Shown here in pieces: positions 51,766 through 63,505 of a stretch of DNA of 64,000 nt. Source of the stretch: Octopus sinensis (taxonomy: Eukaryota); contig NW_021832432.1 of the NCBI RefSeq assembly GCF_006345805.1, forward strand, positions 682,001 through 746,000, given 5' to 3'. The notes under the pieces are model-generated. The model did no database searches and was not told the DNA's origin. It was given only the letters and a program-made list of their open reading frames with translations. Position numbers and translations under genes: made by a program. Every line of letters begins with the position of its first letter. The first letter of the stretch is position 1.

Positions 51766-52063
51766 TATGGAATTATTTTATTAAATGGAATGTACTTTTT
51801 TATACTTATTTCATTTGCCAACATACAAAGAGGGTAGATATATAGACAGAGAGGTTAATTTTATCATTAAGAACATGGTAGAAGAAGGTCCTTCTCCAAA
51901 TCTACGGATGGAGAAGGATATTCTACAACCATGTTCTTAATGATAAAATTAACCTCTCTGTCTATATATCTATCCTCTTTGTAATGTTGGCCAATGAAAT
52001 AAGTATAAAAATGTACATTGTCCCTTTAATTTAAAAAATTCTATATGTAGCTGAAGAGTCCTT
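51748..52063. repeat. Long imperfect inverted repeat (~150-bp arms, ~10-nt loop)
   Basis: 51748-51898 pairs with 51909-52063. Confidence 0.92.
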
Positions 52064-52920
52064 CAATATAGGTAAATATTTCCTAGCACTGATAGATAGA
52101 TTTTCCATTAACCATTCTTATAGGAACATCTTCAATAGACACATTTAAAAATTAGTTTTAGTTCAACTACCAATTTTAAAAACATAATCAATCATACATA
52201 CAAAAACAGCTGTTCATGCAGGAATAAAGAATTGTGGCCCGCTAAATGGAGCTTGCATGTCCAAGACCATCATATATGATAACTACCGTAAACTCTTACC
52301 ACTAAAGACACCGTTTTCGACGAAGAAATACGTGGGCCTGACAGAGGTAATTTCAAGCCAGGTTCAATAACCACACTTTGAGCTTTAGGCACTGGAACAA
52401 AAGAAAAGCGACACATTATCCAATCATATTTGGTCTTAAGAGATAAAGGTTCGATTATAACATACAATGGAGATTTTGGCCAGATGTAAGCCCTATACTA
52501 ACGGCAGCGGAAGGTGCGGTTTATGCGACATGGAGAGATGGCTTATCTGGAAAAGCAGCTTAGACCCTACCACATGTCTAAATACAAGACAGAGCTTTTC
52601 GGATCATGCCCACATGTGACTAAATTTCTGTTACGTTTTTGGTCCCCTAAAGAAACGGATAGAACATGCATTCTGTGTTATGTCCCAAGAAGATTTTATA
52701 TATTTTTATATATTTTTATATATTTTTTTATGTATTTTTATATATATTTTGATGACGAAAAATGCGAGCGATGTATAAGTACGCAGGAAAGCAGAGTTAT
52801 AACAAGTAATTTCCCTTCATTTTTAACGGTATTTTTCATAACGTTTTCAAATAGCCAGATACCGAAGAGATGGTGTTGTGGATTTCCACTTCGTCTGAAA
52901 CTCAGAGTTTTATCTTGACT
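52064..52920 (+). mobile_element. Penelope-like 3' fragment: GIY-YIG endonuclease and 3' UTR with two decayed hammerheads
   Basis: NIGKYFLALID, CSCRNKE, PLNGACMSKTIIY, YVGLTE, ARCKPYTNGSGRCGLC; hammerhead-like motifs at ~52750-52800 and ~52858-52915. Confidence 0.78.
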
Positions 52921-53075
52921 ACCGAGTAATGTAACATATTGTATAGATAAATTTCCTCTATTACATAATATTGAGGTCTCTTTCTTTCTTTTGTTATCTT
53001 ACCGTTTTATATCATATATATATATATATATCTTACAGAATCCAATACACATACCCCACACACACACCACACACA

Positions 53076-53120
<45 letters not shown>

Positions 53121-53264
53121 ACACACAACACACACACACACACACACACATATAAATATTTATAAACATGTAATATATATATGTATATATGTATACTTAT
53201 GTATTTGTATAAATATATAGTATATATATATATGTGTGTACATATGAAAATTCATATACATATA

Positions 53265-54506
53265 CAGGGTGTTCCAGTTTAATTTGACAATTTGCATAAA
53301 AGAAAACATAATATTCTATCCCAAAATGTATTTTTAAAAAATCCCAAAATATCAACTAGATTATGGCTGGGTAATAATTTACTCAAAGTAGCCATGCTCA
53401 GCTTTCACCATGGCACTAAAAACGGCCCTGGAACTTAACGTCTAAGTCCCTCTTCTGCGTCATTGGGAAGATCTTGGAACACCTCTTTGATCTTGGGTAC
53501 CAGCTCAGCCTTGGGATTGGAGGCAGAACGTTCAGTTCTATATTCAAGATATGAGGAGTTTTGTACATTATTTACATTTGACGGATATTTGTCCTCATCT
53601 TGTTTGCTGTTAACACAACGTTTCGGCTGATATATCCTCCAGCTTTCATCAGGTGTCTTGATGGAAATTTCGAACTCATTCCTAAGGTATTTTTCGATCT
53701 TCTTCTTCTTCTTCTTCTTCTTCTTCTTCTTCTTCTTCTCCTCCTCCTTCTCCTCCTCCTCCTCCTCCTCCTCCTCCTCCTCCTCCTCCATCCCCCATCC
53801 TATTATTATTATTATTATTATTATTCAGGTCACTGCTTGGAATCGGACTCGGAATCTTGGAGTTGGTAGCCCGCGCTCTTAACCACTACGCCATATGCCC
53901 GCAGCTGGTGTTTTTTTCTCAACCGAGCACTACATAGAGTAATGCTTGGGGGCTGGTGAAGTCGAAGAAATTCTCTGACAACCCCACTTCTGACTCTTTC
54001 TTTCCAGAGGTATGGCAAGGAACAGAATCCTGCTGCCACACATATGGCTTTCCAGCAGCAACCCTCTCCACCCAGAGTTTGACCAGTCTCCAGCAGCTTC
54101 ACATAGCTGTCTGAATTGAGCTTAAGGCCCTGTTCTTGCAGCTGTTAGATGAATTCCGGTATGCCAACGCCATCAGAACGCTTGTCGCGTACCTTCTTGC
54201 TGGCCTCGGCTTCGTAGTCTCTGTTGCAGCTGTCCATATCACGTCTTACAAGCCGCTGCAGTGTTCACAGAGCATTGAACAGCAGTCATGATGTCAGCAT
54301 TTTGATATTCGTGGCAAATAAACATGATACAGTAACTATTTTGCAATATTTAAATGGTTTCCAGTCCTCCATGTCAGCTAACTTTTTCCCAACTACAACT
54401 TTAATCATTATGGTCTCCAGCACCGTTGACTGTTCATTAATGCTTGAATGTTTTTGTGAAGAAAGGAGAAGCACAAAAAATGTCAAATTTTAGTTCGAAC
54501 ACTGTG
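53265..54506 (-). mobile_element. Degenerate maT/DD37D-like Tc1/mariner transposon, interrupted by a SINE
   Basis: TIRs CAGGGTGTTCCAGTTTAATTTGACA and CACAGTGTTCGAACTAAAATTTGACA; pieces EQGLKLNSDSYVKLLE, WVERVAAGKPYVWQQDSVPCHTS, KAELVPKIKEVFQDLP. Confidence 0.8.
53533..53900 (-). mobile_element. tRNA-headed SINE carrying a hammerhead-containing tail
   Basis: A-box TGGCGTAGTGG and B-box-like GAGTCCGATTCC, then a simple-repeat linker and a tail with a minimal hammerhead at 53612-53657. Confidence 0.75.
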
Positions 54507-54681
54507 TGTGTGTGTGTATGTGTGCGTGTGCGTGCGTTTTGTGTATGCATGTATATATATACATATAAGTATATATATATATATATATAATATATATATA
54601 TACACACACATATAAGTATATATGTATGTTTGTATGTGTATATGTACGTATCTCTCTCTCTCTTGCTCTCTCTTCTCTCTT

Positions 54682-54728
<47 letters not shown>

Positions 54729-55129
54729 TCAAAAACCTGTGTGTATATGTGGTTATCACCATCCTTCAATACAGAGATAAGCATTGGTTTAAAAGCGGCG
54801 TTCTTGTCAATCTTACCACCAGAAATGCAGTAACACTGTGATTGGCCCGTTGGAAACCTATAAGCAATAATGTTATCTACCAAACTGTTGATATATGAAT
54901 AATAGAGATATATCACTGCGTCAGATCCCTATGTGGTCGTTAGACGTGCCAGAAATAGCTGTTAGATGCTACCAGATTTAAAAAGATTGGTACAGAAGAA
55001 TATGTTGAATTTGTCATTATTTATGGTTAGATGCCTTTGATCGTGGGTCTGTTAAATCTGGGATATGCTGGTGTTAAACAACAACGACTCAACACATGTT
55101 TTTTTTTTTACCATCGATTTTAAAGCTGA

Positions 55130-56520
55130 ATAAATCTTATCGAAATTATAACTATGGATCTTTGACAACAAGAAACAAGTCTATTTTGGTAGCATAGAAT
55201 TCTGGACTCCTGGAACAGATGAATTATTCAAAAGCATTTTGTGTTGCTGCTTGGTTGATGAAAATCTTTTAGAGGAAATTACGGGAATATTTGTTGATCG
55301 GTGATGAATCTGTTGGAATAAACTGAATAAAGTACAGTCTAATAATCAAGCCTTTCAAGTTCTGTAATCATTTACCGGCATATAAGTAGACATGGTAAAA
55401 CATCTTCATTATCGTTCCAAATCCTGTTGCATTTCAATTGGAGGTTTTGGTCCTTCAAAGTCATCTTGGTGTACTAATCGACCTATCTTTTCTGGCTGTA
55501 AATTGAGGTCTGAAAAATTTGAAATGCCAAAAAATATGGTATAAAATATGGTGTTGTCATAGAGGAAAATTGTTCCTTTTCGATTAGACGTATAAGTTGC
55601 AATTCTTGGTGCATTTTATCGACTTTCTGTCAATGCTTTTCTATTGTGATAATTTCGATTGCCATCCAGCAAACAATGACCATAACTTTCTATTGATACA
55701 ATTTCGGTTTAGAAAAGTGTTTTGGTGCTTCATTTCGCTGTAGTACTGCGCGCAGAACTCCCTTGGTTGTCTCCTAGAATCCAGTTGTCGTCATTTATTA
55801 CAATACAATCAGAAAAATAGGACGTTTTGTTTTTTTATTGAGCAAAAGAAGAGACCGGCGAACGGAAGAAAGAAGAAGAAAGAAGACATGCACCCAACAC
55901 CAGAGCTGAAGACACCTCCGAAAGTGTGTGTGTGTGTGGGGGGGGGGGCGCCATATCAAAACGGTAGAGGAGTAGGGGCCGAAACCGGACGTGGTTCCTC
56001 TGATGATGTCTTGAGCTAACTGGATCCTATAAAGGAGCTGTTGTGGTAGCAGACAACGAAACACGGTTGAAATTCCTCCAATACGATCAGCGAAATAGGA
56101 TGTTTTGTTTTTTATTGAGCAAAAGAAGTGCAGAACAAAATTCCTAATGGCGATTCATTTCAATTGGAGGTTTATTTCTTTCAGCTCATGCGGTATCTAT
56201 TTGTCAAACAATTTTACTTCGCAGTGTGGTGCAAATGGCAGAAAAAGTTTGAATGACCAAAGTTAAGTTATATTCCGTGGGTTTGCTTCAGTAATGTAAA
56301 TCATTGTAAATCAGGCATTATAAATCACAGAAGGTCATTTGTGTCCTTTCTCATCTTCAAGGATTCGAAAAATTTTGAACCCAAGTTGAGCCGCACATTC
56401 GTTTGGTTATCAATGTGAACGGTTTCTCTTGTCTTGCTCTACATTTTGAACTCATACAATACAAGATTTTTTCCGAACTTTATTTTGACAGCCTACAATA
56501 CACAAGAATAAATGGTAAAA
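55130..56520 (-). pseudogene. Very old mariner transposase remnant
   Basis: IPHELKE (WVPHEL-like), NRKGTIFLYDN and EDVLP, in the expected order. Confidence 0.6.
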
Positions 56521-56589
56521 GCAAAACCATTAGCATAAATCAATATACCGAAATCTCTGCATCAAAATGGTATTATCATCTATGAGCGC

Positions 56590-56811
56590 GATATCTTGTA
56601 TGGGTTAAATAAAAGACATGAACATGTACCTTACATCAGTTAAACAAAAGACAGGAGCATGGTATCTTCGTTAAATAAACACTATGAACATGCTATATCA
56701 GTAAAAGTAAAGAAAAGGCAAGAGAATGGTTATCTTATATCAGTTAACTAAAAGGTAGGAACGTGGCATCTTATACAGGTTAAATGTTATCTTGCATCAG
56801 TTAAATAAAAC
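56590..56811. repeat. Degenerate minisatellite, ~35-bp unit, 6-7 copies
   Basis: Consensus approximately GGTATCTTACATCAGTTAAATAAAAGACAGGAACAT. Confidence 0.75.
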
Positions 56812-57434
56812 TTTATTCTGAAATAGGCTTCAAAGCTTAGGTTTAATTAAAAAAAAACCAAAAGCCATGTTAATTTTTGCCTGTGCCTGCACACATTTGC
56901 ACACATGCATACGTACCCGCGAACATACATGCAGACACACACATAATTGTATGTGTACAGATATGTATGTGTATGTACTTAGATATATATGTGCGTGTAT
57001 GAATGTATGTGTGTGTGAGTGTATGTGTGTGCGTGAGTGTATTTGTGTGTGCGAGTGTATTTGTGTGTGTGTATACGCAAAGGTATATGTGTGTCCGTGT
57101 ATGTGTATACGCGAAGATATACGAATGTGTGTGTAATTGTGTGTGTGTATGTGTGTGTGTGTGTGTGCGCATGTGTGTGTACAAGTTAAGATATACGCAT
57201 ATGTACGTGTATACACTAAGACATGTATGAGTTTGTGTATATGCAAATATATATATATATATATACGCGCAGATTTATGTTTGCGGGTATACGGAGAAAT
57301 ACATCTGTATATGTGTGGCTATATACACATACGAACATAAATGTATAAACAAATTATAGGTATGGGAGTGTGTATACAGCTATGTATGTATGTATGTATG
57401 TATGTATGTATGTATGTATGTATGTATGTATATT

Positions 57435-57534
<100 letters not shown>

Positions 57535-57747
57535 AACGACTATTGAAAAGGTTGGAAGACACAACGAAAATTTTTGGAAAAATAAATAAGTAAATGAGTG
57601 GAAACTTTACCGGTGAGTGTGTTAAATAATAAGGTACTAAAAGAGAATGACTGTCCACAGACAACAAAATATGCTTCAACACACGAACTCACATAAAGAA
57701 TCTTGCAAACCAAATCCCAAAACGAAGTATATATATATATGTGTGTG

Positions 57748-57779
<32 letters not shown>

Positions 57780-57821
57780 TGTATGTATGTATGTATGTAT
57801 GTATGTATGTATGTATGTATG

Positions 57822-57894
<73 letters not shown>

Positions 57895-58161
57895 ATATAT
57901 ATATGTAGCAGAAGTAGCAGGGTGACTCAATGTTTTGTGCATAGGCTCTTGATAAGTGCCAAAGCACGAAACTCTCAGGTCTTGAGTCACTCTGTTCCTT
58001 CTGCTCAATATTAAAAAAAATATACATATACTTTATTTTGAATTCTATTTTTCCTTTTTGCTCCAACATACCGATATTATATACATACATATATATATAT
58101 ATATGCACACACATACATACGTACACACACACACACACACACACACACCACACACACACAC

Positions 58162-58205
<44 letters not shown>

Positions 58206-58230
58206 GATAGATAGATAGATAGATAATAGA

Positions 58231-58297
<67 letters not shown>

Positions 58298-58371
58298 GTT
58301 CTATACACCTAATACAATTCTAGAAAACATTTTGTCATTTGTCCATATAAAAGAAATTACTTTATATGATT

Positions 58372-58710
58372 ACTGCGTGGCATCTTGGGCAAGTGTCTTC
58401 TGCTATAGCCCCGGGCCGACCAATGCCTTGTGAGTGGATTTGGTAGACGGAAACTGAAAGAAGCCTGTCGTATATATGTATACATATATAAGTGTGTGTG
58501 TATATGTTTGTGTGTCTGTGTTTGTCCCCCTAGCATTGCTTGACAACCGATGCTGGTGTGTTTACATCCCCGTCACTTAGCGGTTTGGCAAAAGAGACCG
58601 ATAGAATAAGTACTGGGCTTACAAAGAATAAGTCCCGGGGTCGATTTGCTCGACTAAAGGCGGTGCTCCAGCATGGCCGCAGTCAAATGACTGAAACAAG
58701 TAAAAGAGTA
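58372..58710 (+). mobile_element. SINE-B, slightly 5'-truncated
   Basis: CTTGGGCAAGTGTCTT CORE-like segment through the tail GAAACAAGTAAAAGAG. Confidence 0.9.
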
Positions 58711-59067
58711 ATATTCATTAAGTTCAAATCCCACCTGTAGTGAACTTCATACTTAATCTTTCCACGCTTTTGTAAAGGAAATGCCTACGGAATCCTTTAA
58801 CTCTCACTCCAAAAGTTTGAAGTCTTCTGCCTATGTAAGAAACCAGTCAGTTGGCAAATTGATAGGAAGAAACTACAGAATGAGTTTCAAAACGCTTTGC
58901 TCTATTCTGCTGTGTCCTTTCCGTTCAAATTCCGCAGTGGTCAACGTCAATCTTCATTTTTATAGGGGGCGATAAAATAATGAAATAATCCACCAGTTAA
59001 GTTAGTAGGATCGATAATATCGTCACCCAAGATCTGTGGCTTTGGGATTATGATAGAAATTTTTTTT

Positions 59068-59460
59068 TTTTTTTACTTGTTTCAGTCATTTGACTGCGGC
59101 CATGCTGGAGCACCGCCTTTAGTCGAGCAAATCGACCCCGGGACTTATTCTTTGTAAGCCCAGTACTTATTCTATCGGTCTCCTTTTGCCGAACCGTTAA
59201 GTGACGGGGACGTAAACACACCAGCATCGGTTAACAAGTGATGTTGGGGGGAGAAACACAGACACACACGCATACATATATATATATACATATATACGAC
59301 AGGCTTCTTTCAGTTTCCGTCTACCAAATCCACTCACAAAGCATTGGTCGGCCCGGGGCTATAGCAGAAGACACTTGCCCAAGATGCCACGCAGTGGGAC
59401 TGAACCCAGAACCATGTGGTTGGTTAGCAAGCTACTTTACCACACAGCCACTCCTGCGCC
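59068..59460 (-). mobile_element. SINE-B, full length
   Basis: Close reverse complement of 58372-58710, plus the head. Confidence 0.9.
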
Positions 59461-59659
59461 TATATATATGAATTAATAATACATGGAGTAAATCGCCATC
59501 TATAACACGTAGTTAATCTCCACCCCGAAAGGAAGATTAAAATTAAGATTAAAGTATATTATAGTACATGATATTTAGTTGCAAATTTTACTTCCAACCA
59601 TTTTTTCTTAAGTGGGATAAAAAAAAACACTATTTTAGATTATTATTATTATTATTATT

Positions 59660-60362
59660 CTATGTTTGACTTTTGCTTTATATTTGTACAAGTTGGCTCC
59701 AAGTCTCACCCAGAGACTTCAAGAGACAACAGGTTGGAAGTTCATGTTGTTGTTATGCCTAGTGTGCCATATATTTGGTTTTGTATTTAGTGTTGTACTA
59801 GTGAATGTCTAAAAAAAAACATAAGAAAATTATGTTTGTTTTAAAACTTGAGATTACATAGAAAGTATTTTGCGTAGGATATGAGCAGTTCCCATGATCA
59901 CTATCTTTTGAATTTCTGCCATTTTTCGGTTTCCTGGTATCTGAGTTAGGTAGCAATCAGCCCCTTTTGTTATCATTCCCAGGGCACCTATGACAACAGG
60001 TATTGTTTTAGTCTCCAGGTTCCACATTTTGCTGATTTCTATTTCAAGATCTTTATATTTGCTCAGTTTTTGGTAGGCCTTGACAGATACGTTTATATCG
60101 ATTGGGACAGTCATATCAATGAGGAGGCATGTTCTTTGTCTGAAGTCTTTCAATATGATGTCTGGCCTATTTGCATCTATCTTTCTGTTAATTTGAATGG
60201 TGAAGTTCCAGAGGAGTGAGATGTGGTCATTTTCAAGGTGGTTTGTGTTCCCACCAGTTTTTTTCATGGGGCAAATCCAGGTTTTTGCAAATTACCCAGT
60301 GAATATATTGTGCAGCTCTATCATGCCTGTTGAGATACTCTTTAGGCGCTAGAAGACTGCAC
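59660..60362 (-). mobile_element. R4/Dong-like LINE 3' fragment (RLE domain), inserted in (TAA)n
   Basis: ORF 59854-60267: NRPDIILKD...LLIDMTVP...KLSKYKDL (PD..D and KxxKY motifs); (ATT)n on both flanks. Confidence 0.92.
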
Positions 60363-60427
<65 letters not shown>

Positions 60428-60975
60428 TTCCTTCTTTCTCCAAATTTACTTCCATTTCTCGCCGAGTGTTTTCCGTACACCTAGGGCAGAGAAGCTCATT
60501 GTATGCATTCCCAGATTACACACGCAAATTAACAAATAAAATATGTATTTAAAAAAAAAATAATAAATAAATTCATGAATGTATGTTGTTTTCACAGCGA
60601 TAATGCTCTTCTCGGTACATGAGTCGTTCCAGTTAACACGATTTTTTGCACTTCCTGTAGGGATAGTAAGCCTGGTATCATTTTCAAATAGGTTTCAGTA
60701 CCTTTTTTTATCATTCCTAGAGATCCTACAATCACTGGTACTATAGTCGCTTTGAGATGCCACATTTTTTCAATTTCTATTAGCAAGTCTTTATATTTAC
60801 TGATCTTGTCAAATTCTTTCACCGCTATATTGTGATCGCAAGGAATACTCATGTCAATTAATAAACACACCTTTTTTGTCTGATCTTTTATAATAATATC
60901 CGGTTATTATAATAATATCCGGTTTTTATAATAATATCCGGTTTTTATAATAATATCCGGTTTATAGTTTTGTCG

Positions 60976-60976
<1 letters not shown>
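60428..60976 (-). mobile_element. Second RLE LINE family, 3' fragment
   Basis: ORF 60592-60870: CLLIDMSIP...KISKYKDL...VPVIVGSLG; different 3' UTR; (ATT)n on both flanks. Confidence 0.88.
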
Positions 60977-61034
<58 letters not shown>

Positions 61035-61036
<2 letters not shown>

Positions 61037-61245
61037 GGCGACGAGCTAGCAGAAGCGTTAGTGCGCTGGACGAAATACTTAGCGGTATTTCGCCCGTTGC
61101 TCCGTTCTGGGTTCGAATTCCGCCGAGATCGACAGTACCTTTCATCCTTTCGGGGCCGATAAAATACCAGTTGAACACTGGAGTCGATGTAATCGACTCA
61201 TCTCCTCTTCCGAAAAAGCTGCCCTTGTGGCAGAATTTGAAGCCA
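61035..61245 (+). mobile_element. SINE-A (tail-2-like) within (ATT)n
   Basis: Head GGCGACGAGCTAGCAGAA plus core. Confidence 0.8.
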
Positions 61246-61279
61246 TTATTATTATTATCATCATTATTATTATTATTAT

Positions 61280-61480
61280 CTGTTTGACTCGGGTTTGGTC
61301 TTATTCCTGGTAGGATTTATGCGGCTAGCGGGTTACTCCCTTAGGTATCCACGAGTTTTCAGTAGTCCTTCAAGTGTTTAAAACCCTCCTGATAATTCTT
61401 GCTGTTCCTAAGAGACAAACTTTTTGTAAGAGCTCTACAGGGCATTCTATTCCAATCTCCTTCAGCCATTTGTCATTAGA
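61280..61480 (-). mobile_element. Third RLE LINE family, extreme 3' fragment
   Basis: WLKEIGIECPVELLQKVCLLGTARIIRRVL. Confidence 0.75.
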
Positions 61481-61789
61481 ATCCCAAACTTTTGGAAATA
61501 CGTTTTCCCTCTAAGAATTGGTAGCTGTAAGGACATTGCATCCTTCAAAAATTCCATGCTTCTCACAATACGCCTTCACCAGAATAAAGTGGCCGTACAC
61601 CCTTACTTCTTTATGTCTGTTTTACTACTTTTCTGTTTTTATTCCTGTTTTATTCTGTGTACTATACATGTACTTTTAGCCTCCATTACTGCCTCACTTT
61701 ACTTGACTTACTGTTAAATTCTGCACCTTCTTTTACTTTTTTCCGACATGTTGCTTTTTACCTGAGCACTCTATACGATAACCACAAGA

Positions 61790-63070
61790 ACTGTTAGAGC
61801 GTCGAACAATATGCTTAGCGGCGTTTCTTCTGGCTTTTTACTTTCTGAATTCAAATCCTACCGAGGTCAGTTTTACCTTTCATCCTTTCAGGGTCGATAA
61901 ATAAAGTATTAGTCGAATTATTGGCTCAATTTAATTGATCAACTCCCTCCAACTGAAATTGATGGCATCGTGGTAAAATTTGAAACCATTATTATTTGGG
62001 TGGCAAGCTGGCAGAATCGTTAGCATACCGTGCAAAATGCTAAGCGACATTTCTTCCTGATTTTTATGTTCTGTGTTCAAATGCTGCCCAGGTCGACTTT
62101 ACCGTTCATCCTTTTGTGGGTGATAAAATAAGTACCAGTCACGTACTGAGGTCAATGTAATCGACTATCCTTTTCCCACCAAATTTCAGGCCATATGCCT
62201 ATAACAGAAAGAATTACTCTTTTACTCTTTTACTTGTTTCAGTCATTTGACTGCAGCCATGCTGGAGCACCACCTTTAGTCGAGCAAATCGACCCCAGGA
62301 CTTATTCTTTGTAAGCCTAGTACTTATTCTATCGGTCTCTTTTGCCGAACCGCTAAGCTACGGGGACGTAAGCTCATCAGCATCGGTTGTCAAGTGATGT
62401 TGGGGGTGGGGGGGGACGAACACAAACACACACACACACACACACATCTACATATACATATATTCGACGGGCTTATTTCAGTTTCCATCTACCAAATCCA
62501 CTCACAAGGCTTTGGTCGCCCTGAGGCTATAGTAGAAGTGGGACTGAACCCGGCGCCATGTGGTTGGTAAGTAAGTTACCACACAGCCACTCTTTTTTTT
62601 TTTTGGCGAGCTGGCAAAATCGTAAACGTCGGACAAAATGCTTAGCATAATTTTTTCCTGCTTTTTATGTTTTGAGTTCAAATGCCACCAAGGTAGACTT
62701 TGTTTTTCATCCTTTCGGGATCAATAAAATGAACATTGGGGTTAATGTAATAGACTATTCCCTACTCTAAAACTGCTGGTCTTGTGCCGAAATTTGAAAC
62801 CACATACCACCGCCCACCTAGGTCTTGTGTCTATAGTGAAAAGAATTATCATGGCGACGAGTTGGCAGTGTCGTTAGGACACCGAAAACAGGCTTAGAGT
62901 TTTTTTCCGGCTTATCGTTCGGAATTGAAATGTCACCGAGGTCGTCTTTGTCGTTCATTATTTCCGGTTCGATAAAATAAATACCACTTGAGCACTGAAG
63001 TCAATCTGATCGACTAAGCCCCAACCCGCAAATTTCAGACTTTGCGTCTGTAGCAGAAAGGATTATTATT
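61790..63070. mobile_element. SINE cluster: four diverged SINE-A copies (+) and one SINE-B (-, ~62215-62592)
   Basis: Repeated head and core motifs. Confidence 0.8.
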
Positions 63071-63074
63071 ATTA

Positions 63075-63233
63075 TTAGCTGTACCCGTGGAAAATCCGAG
63101 GTTATTTTGAAAATTGTATGAGGAAATTGTATATTTTTTCCGAAGCATTTGATTCTTGAGAAGAGGTGAAAATCCGTATAGTCAGTATTGAAGGATGACT
63201 GAATGAATGAATGACTCTATCTATCTATCTATC

Positions 63234-63315
<82 letters not shown>

Positions 63316-63340
63316 ACCACTTCTCTAATGATAAAGATCC
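63075..63340 (-). mobile_element. Probable short non-autonomous Helitron with (GATA)n
   Basis: Sense 3' end CCTCGGATTTTCCACGGGTACAGCTAA (decayed hairpin and CTAR). Confidence 0.45.
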
Positions 63341-63433
63341 CCTCTCTCTTTCGTGTTTTCTCTTTCTATTTCTTCATTGACTCCACTATTTCCGTTCTTT
63401 TCTTTGTTTCCTTTTCTCCCCTACCTCTCTTCC

Positions 63434-63505
<72 letters not shown>

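Noticed and set aside
55900-55930. CTGAAGA...GAAA hammerhead-like motif (also CTGATGA at ~7643 and ~43834, CTGACGA at 18482 and ~20352)
   Set aside because: No stem II or stem III pairing; several lie inside transposase or ORF1 coding sequence.
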